This document shows, piece by piece, positions 30,211 through 32,000 of a stretch of 32,000 bases of DNA. The position numbers were made by a program, and so were the translations under genes. The notes beneath the pieces are model-generated. The model searched no databases, was not told the DNA's origin, and worked only from the letters and a program-made list of their open reading frames with translations. How positions within the stretch are numbered: the first letter of the stretch is position 1; the number at the start of each line of letters is the position of its first letter. Source of the stretch: Pseudoalteromonas translucida KMM 520 (GTDB lineage: Bacteria > Pseudomonadota > Gammaproteobacteria > Enterobacterales > Alteromonadaceae); the NCBI RefSeq assembly GCF_001465295.1, contig NZ_CP011034.1:2490001-2522000 (forward strand). Direction: 5' to 3'.

Positions 30211-32000
30211 TCACAGTATTGGGGGTAACATTGGTTGGTCTTTTGATTCTGCAGATCTTGCTAGCACAAAACCTTGGTCTACTATAAGATCTCCATCTGG
30301 GTGGTCGTTACGAAATTTTTCTAGACAATCAATAGCTATTGCTTTTCTATCGGCTATTATTTCATTAGTTGGAGAGGGCATATTTTCATATTGTAGTATT
30401 CTGAAACATATCCTAGGGATATGCTCTGCAAAAACAACGCTACGCTCACAACCTAAGCAGAGGTCATAAAGTTTACACTTTCCTGCAATAGGAATATCGT
30501 GTGTTGGTTTTAGAGGGTCTTTGCAATCACAAAGATATACCGGAACATTTTCTAACGACTTATCATTCGTGTGTCCAATACTCCCCTTGAACTCCAAGGC
30601 TTCTTCGAACATTTTATTTGTTAAAGCAAGAACAGCACTACTGTACACAAAGTTACCAACGCCTGTTTTTAAAATATAATTACACATAGTAGTATCAAAG
30701 TTATTATGATTTAGTGCGTCTCTCAACTTACGGGCGAGATCGGCGGCGTTCGACGTTGAATCAAGTAACTGCACTAAACTTGTAGCTGCATATACTTTCC
30801 TGAGTTTTCTAGAATCTATATATGTTAATTGTTTTATGTTTTCGTCATAAATTGGAAATCGCTTACAGAAGGCAGCTATGTCTGAACCAATATTATTCGT
30901 GCCAATAAAATATGCCGAATTGTTGTCAGAGAAAACAGATTCCCATAAATCTAACACGTCATAGATAAAAGAGTTAACGGGGACTCGTAAATCAATATTT
31001 TTAGATACTACCCCCCTCGTCTTTTTACCAGTTACTCTTAATACTGTTTGACTGAGTATTTTTTTCGCATCAACACCCAGCTCGATATCTGTGCGATTTT
31101 TCCAGTGCAACAAATCATACTGTCGCAATAGAGATGTAATCGATTGTCTATTAAAACCAGTCTGACAAATTAACAATAGAATTATAGCGGCTTCATTGGA
31201 CGGGAAAGTTAACAAATAAGTTCTTTTGAATTCAATATAACCTTCCATATCCCCTCGTTCGTAGAGAGCCGAAACATATGCCACAAAATCGTCTTTTAAC
31301 TCTTTATTAATTCCCTTTCTATCTAGCTTTTTAATTATATGCCTAAAGAAATGGTCTCTGGCGTACAATTTCTGCTTAGAAAACGGAGTATTGAATTTAA
31401 TAGACTTAGCGAACACCAAGAAATTTTGATGTAAAAGTATCAATGCCTCATTCTTTTGGGTTTTGTATAGTTCAATTATTCTATACAACGCGGAACTCTC
31501 AACCGGATTTTTGTGATTTTCAAATTCTTGTGCCGAAATAAGATAACCTCTTTCTTCTAATTCATGTTCATCAACACTTACAAGCCAACCCCAACGTTCT
31601 TTTATAAAATTAAATTGATAGGTCGCATAACCCAATAACTGCATTAAAACTGAATCGTCATAAGTGTTACTCTCGAAGATATTTTCAACATTGGCGTCGA
31701 AGCTTTTTTTATCAGTTATTTTTTTAATACTTATTGATCTTGGAAAATTAGAGGGAAAAATATAGCTTAAAGTACTCGCTTCCGTGTTCGCTAATCGCTG
31801 TTTTTTAAATTCTACTATTTTAAATTCATCAATTTCAGAGATACTGCTAATATTAAAATGTTGAATACAAAACGTAATAAATTTTGAAAGGGTGTCATAT
31901 GTAGAATTTAATTTTTTTCTGCTTGATACAGAAGATACTGCCCATTTTGAAAATAATGTTGCAGCTATTTCTCGCAAATCTCTATGCGGATCTGTTTGAT
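30211..32000 (-). CDS. large atypical tyrosine recombinase with a Cys-rich C-terminal extension (5-prime end beyond the window)
   Basis: Motifs are ICQTGFNRQS (box I Arg), GKKTRGVVSKNIDLRVPV (Lys hairpin), SRKLRKVYAATS (box II Arg, with RxxR in place of HxxR) and LNHNNFDTTMCNYILK. The Tyr codon is at 30676-30678. The frame stays open upstream of the listed TTG start through position 32000 (..QTDPHRD-LREIAAT), so this CDS is partial. Confidence 0.75.
   Translation of the reverse strand, partial: QTDPHRDLREIAATLFSKWAVSSVSSRKKLNSTYDTLSKFITFCIQHFNISSISEIDEFKIVEFKKQRLANTEASTLSYIFPSNFPRSISIKKITDKKSFDANVENIFESNTYDDSVLMQLLGYATYQFNFIKERWGWLVSVDEHELEERGYLISAQEFENHKNPVESSALYRIIELYKTQKNEALILLHQNFLVFAKSIKFNTPFSKQKLYARDHFFRHIIKKLDRKGINKELKDDFVAYVSALYERGDMEGYIEFKRTYLLTFPSNEAAIILLLICQTGFNRQSITSLLRQYDLLHWKNRTDIELGVDAKKILSQTVLRVTGKKTRGVVSKNIDLRVPVNSFIYDVLDLWESVFSDNNSAYFIGTNNIGSDIAAFCKRFPIYDENIKQLTYIDSRKLRKVYAATSLVQLLDSTSNAADLARKLRDALNHNNFDTTMCNYILKTGVGNFVYSSAVLALTNKMFEEALEFKGSIGHTNDKSLENVPVYLCDCKDPLKPTHDIPIAGKCKLYDLCLGCERSVVFAEHIPRICFRILQYENMPSPTNEIIADRKAIAIDCLEKFRNDHPDGDLIVDQGFVLARSAESKDQPMLPPIL

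Overview
AT-rich gammaproteobacterial chromosome; gene content and codon style look Pseudoalteromonas/Alteromonadales-like, but that is inference only. Positions 1-21580 are ordinary housekeeping and accessory-metabolism genes: MFS and LysE exporters, mgsA, a yegD-like Hsp70, a secreted Lig E-type ATP-dependent DNA ligase, a HAD hydrolase, a TonB-dependent receptor, HdeD/DUF308, MscS, dcp, an amidohydrolase, an EamA transporter, a GDPD, a dienelactone hydrolase, a divergent LysR and DJ-1/PfpI pair, a rhomboid protease and yghU. At about 22711/22712 a host cryptochrome/photolyase-family gene loses homology in mid-domain, and a visibly more AT-rich, decayed mobile region runs to the right edge of the window. 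In order, that region holds a cluster of ACAGGATACT 10-mers, a second and divergent photolyase-family gene with two nonsense codons that is truncated close to the equivalent site, and a 5-prime-truncated radical-SAM (COG1533/SplB-like) remnant. Next come an IS3-family element (24993-26258, no target duplication) and an intact IS66-family element (26352-28756, perfect 8-bp duplication TGATAACG). The region ends with two large, translationally coupled, atypical tyrosine-recombinase genes reading leftward; the upstream one is open at the window edge. The IS66 separates the HxxR box of the downstream recombinase from its GH...Y catalytic-tyrosine segment, which is stranded at 26259-26351. My main hypothesis is a multi-recombinase integrative island (in the style of GInt, SE or Tn554) inserted in a conserved motif of a photolyase-family gene and since inactivated by IS elements. 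I saw no rRNA, tRNA or CRISPR array.
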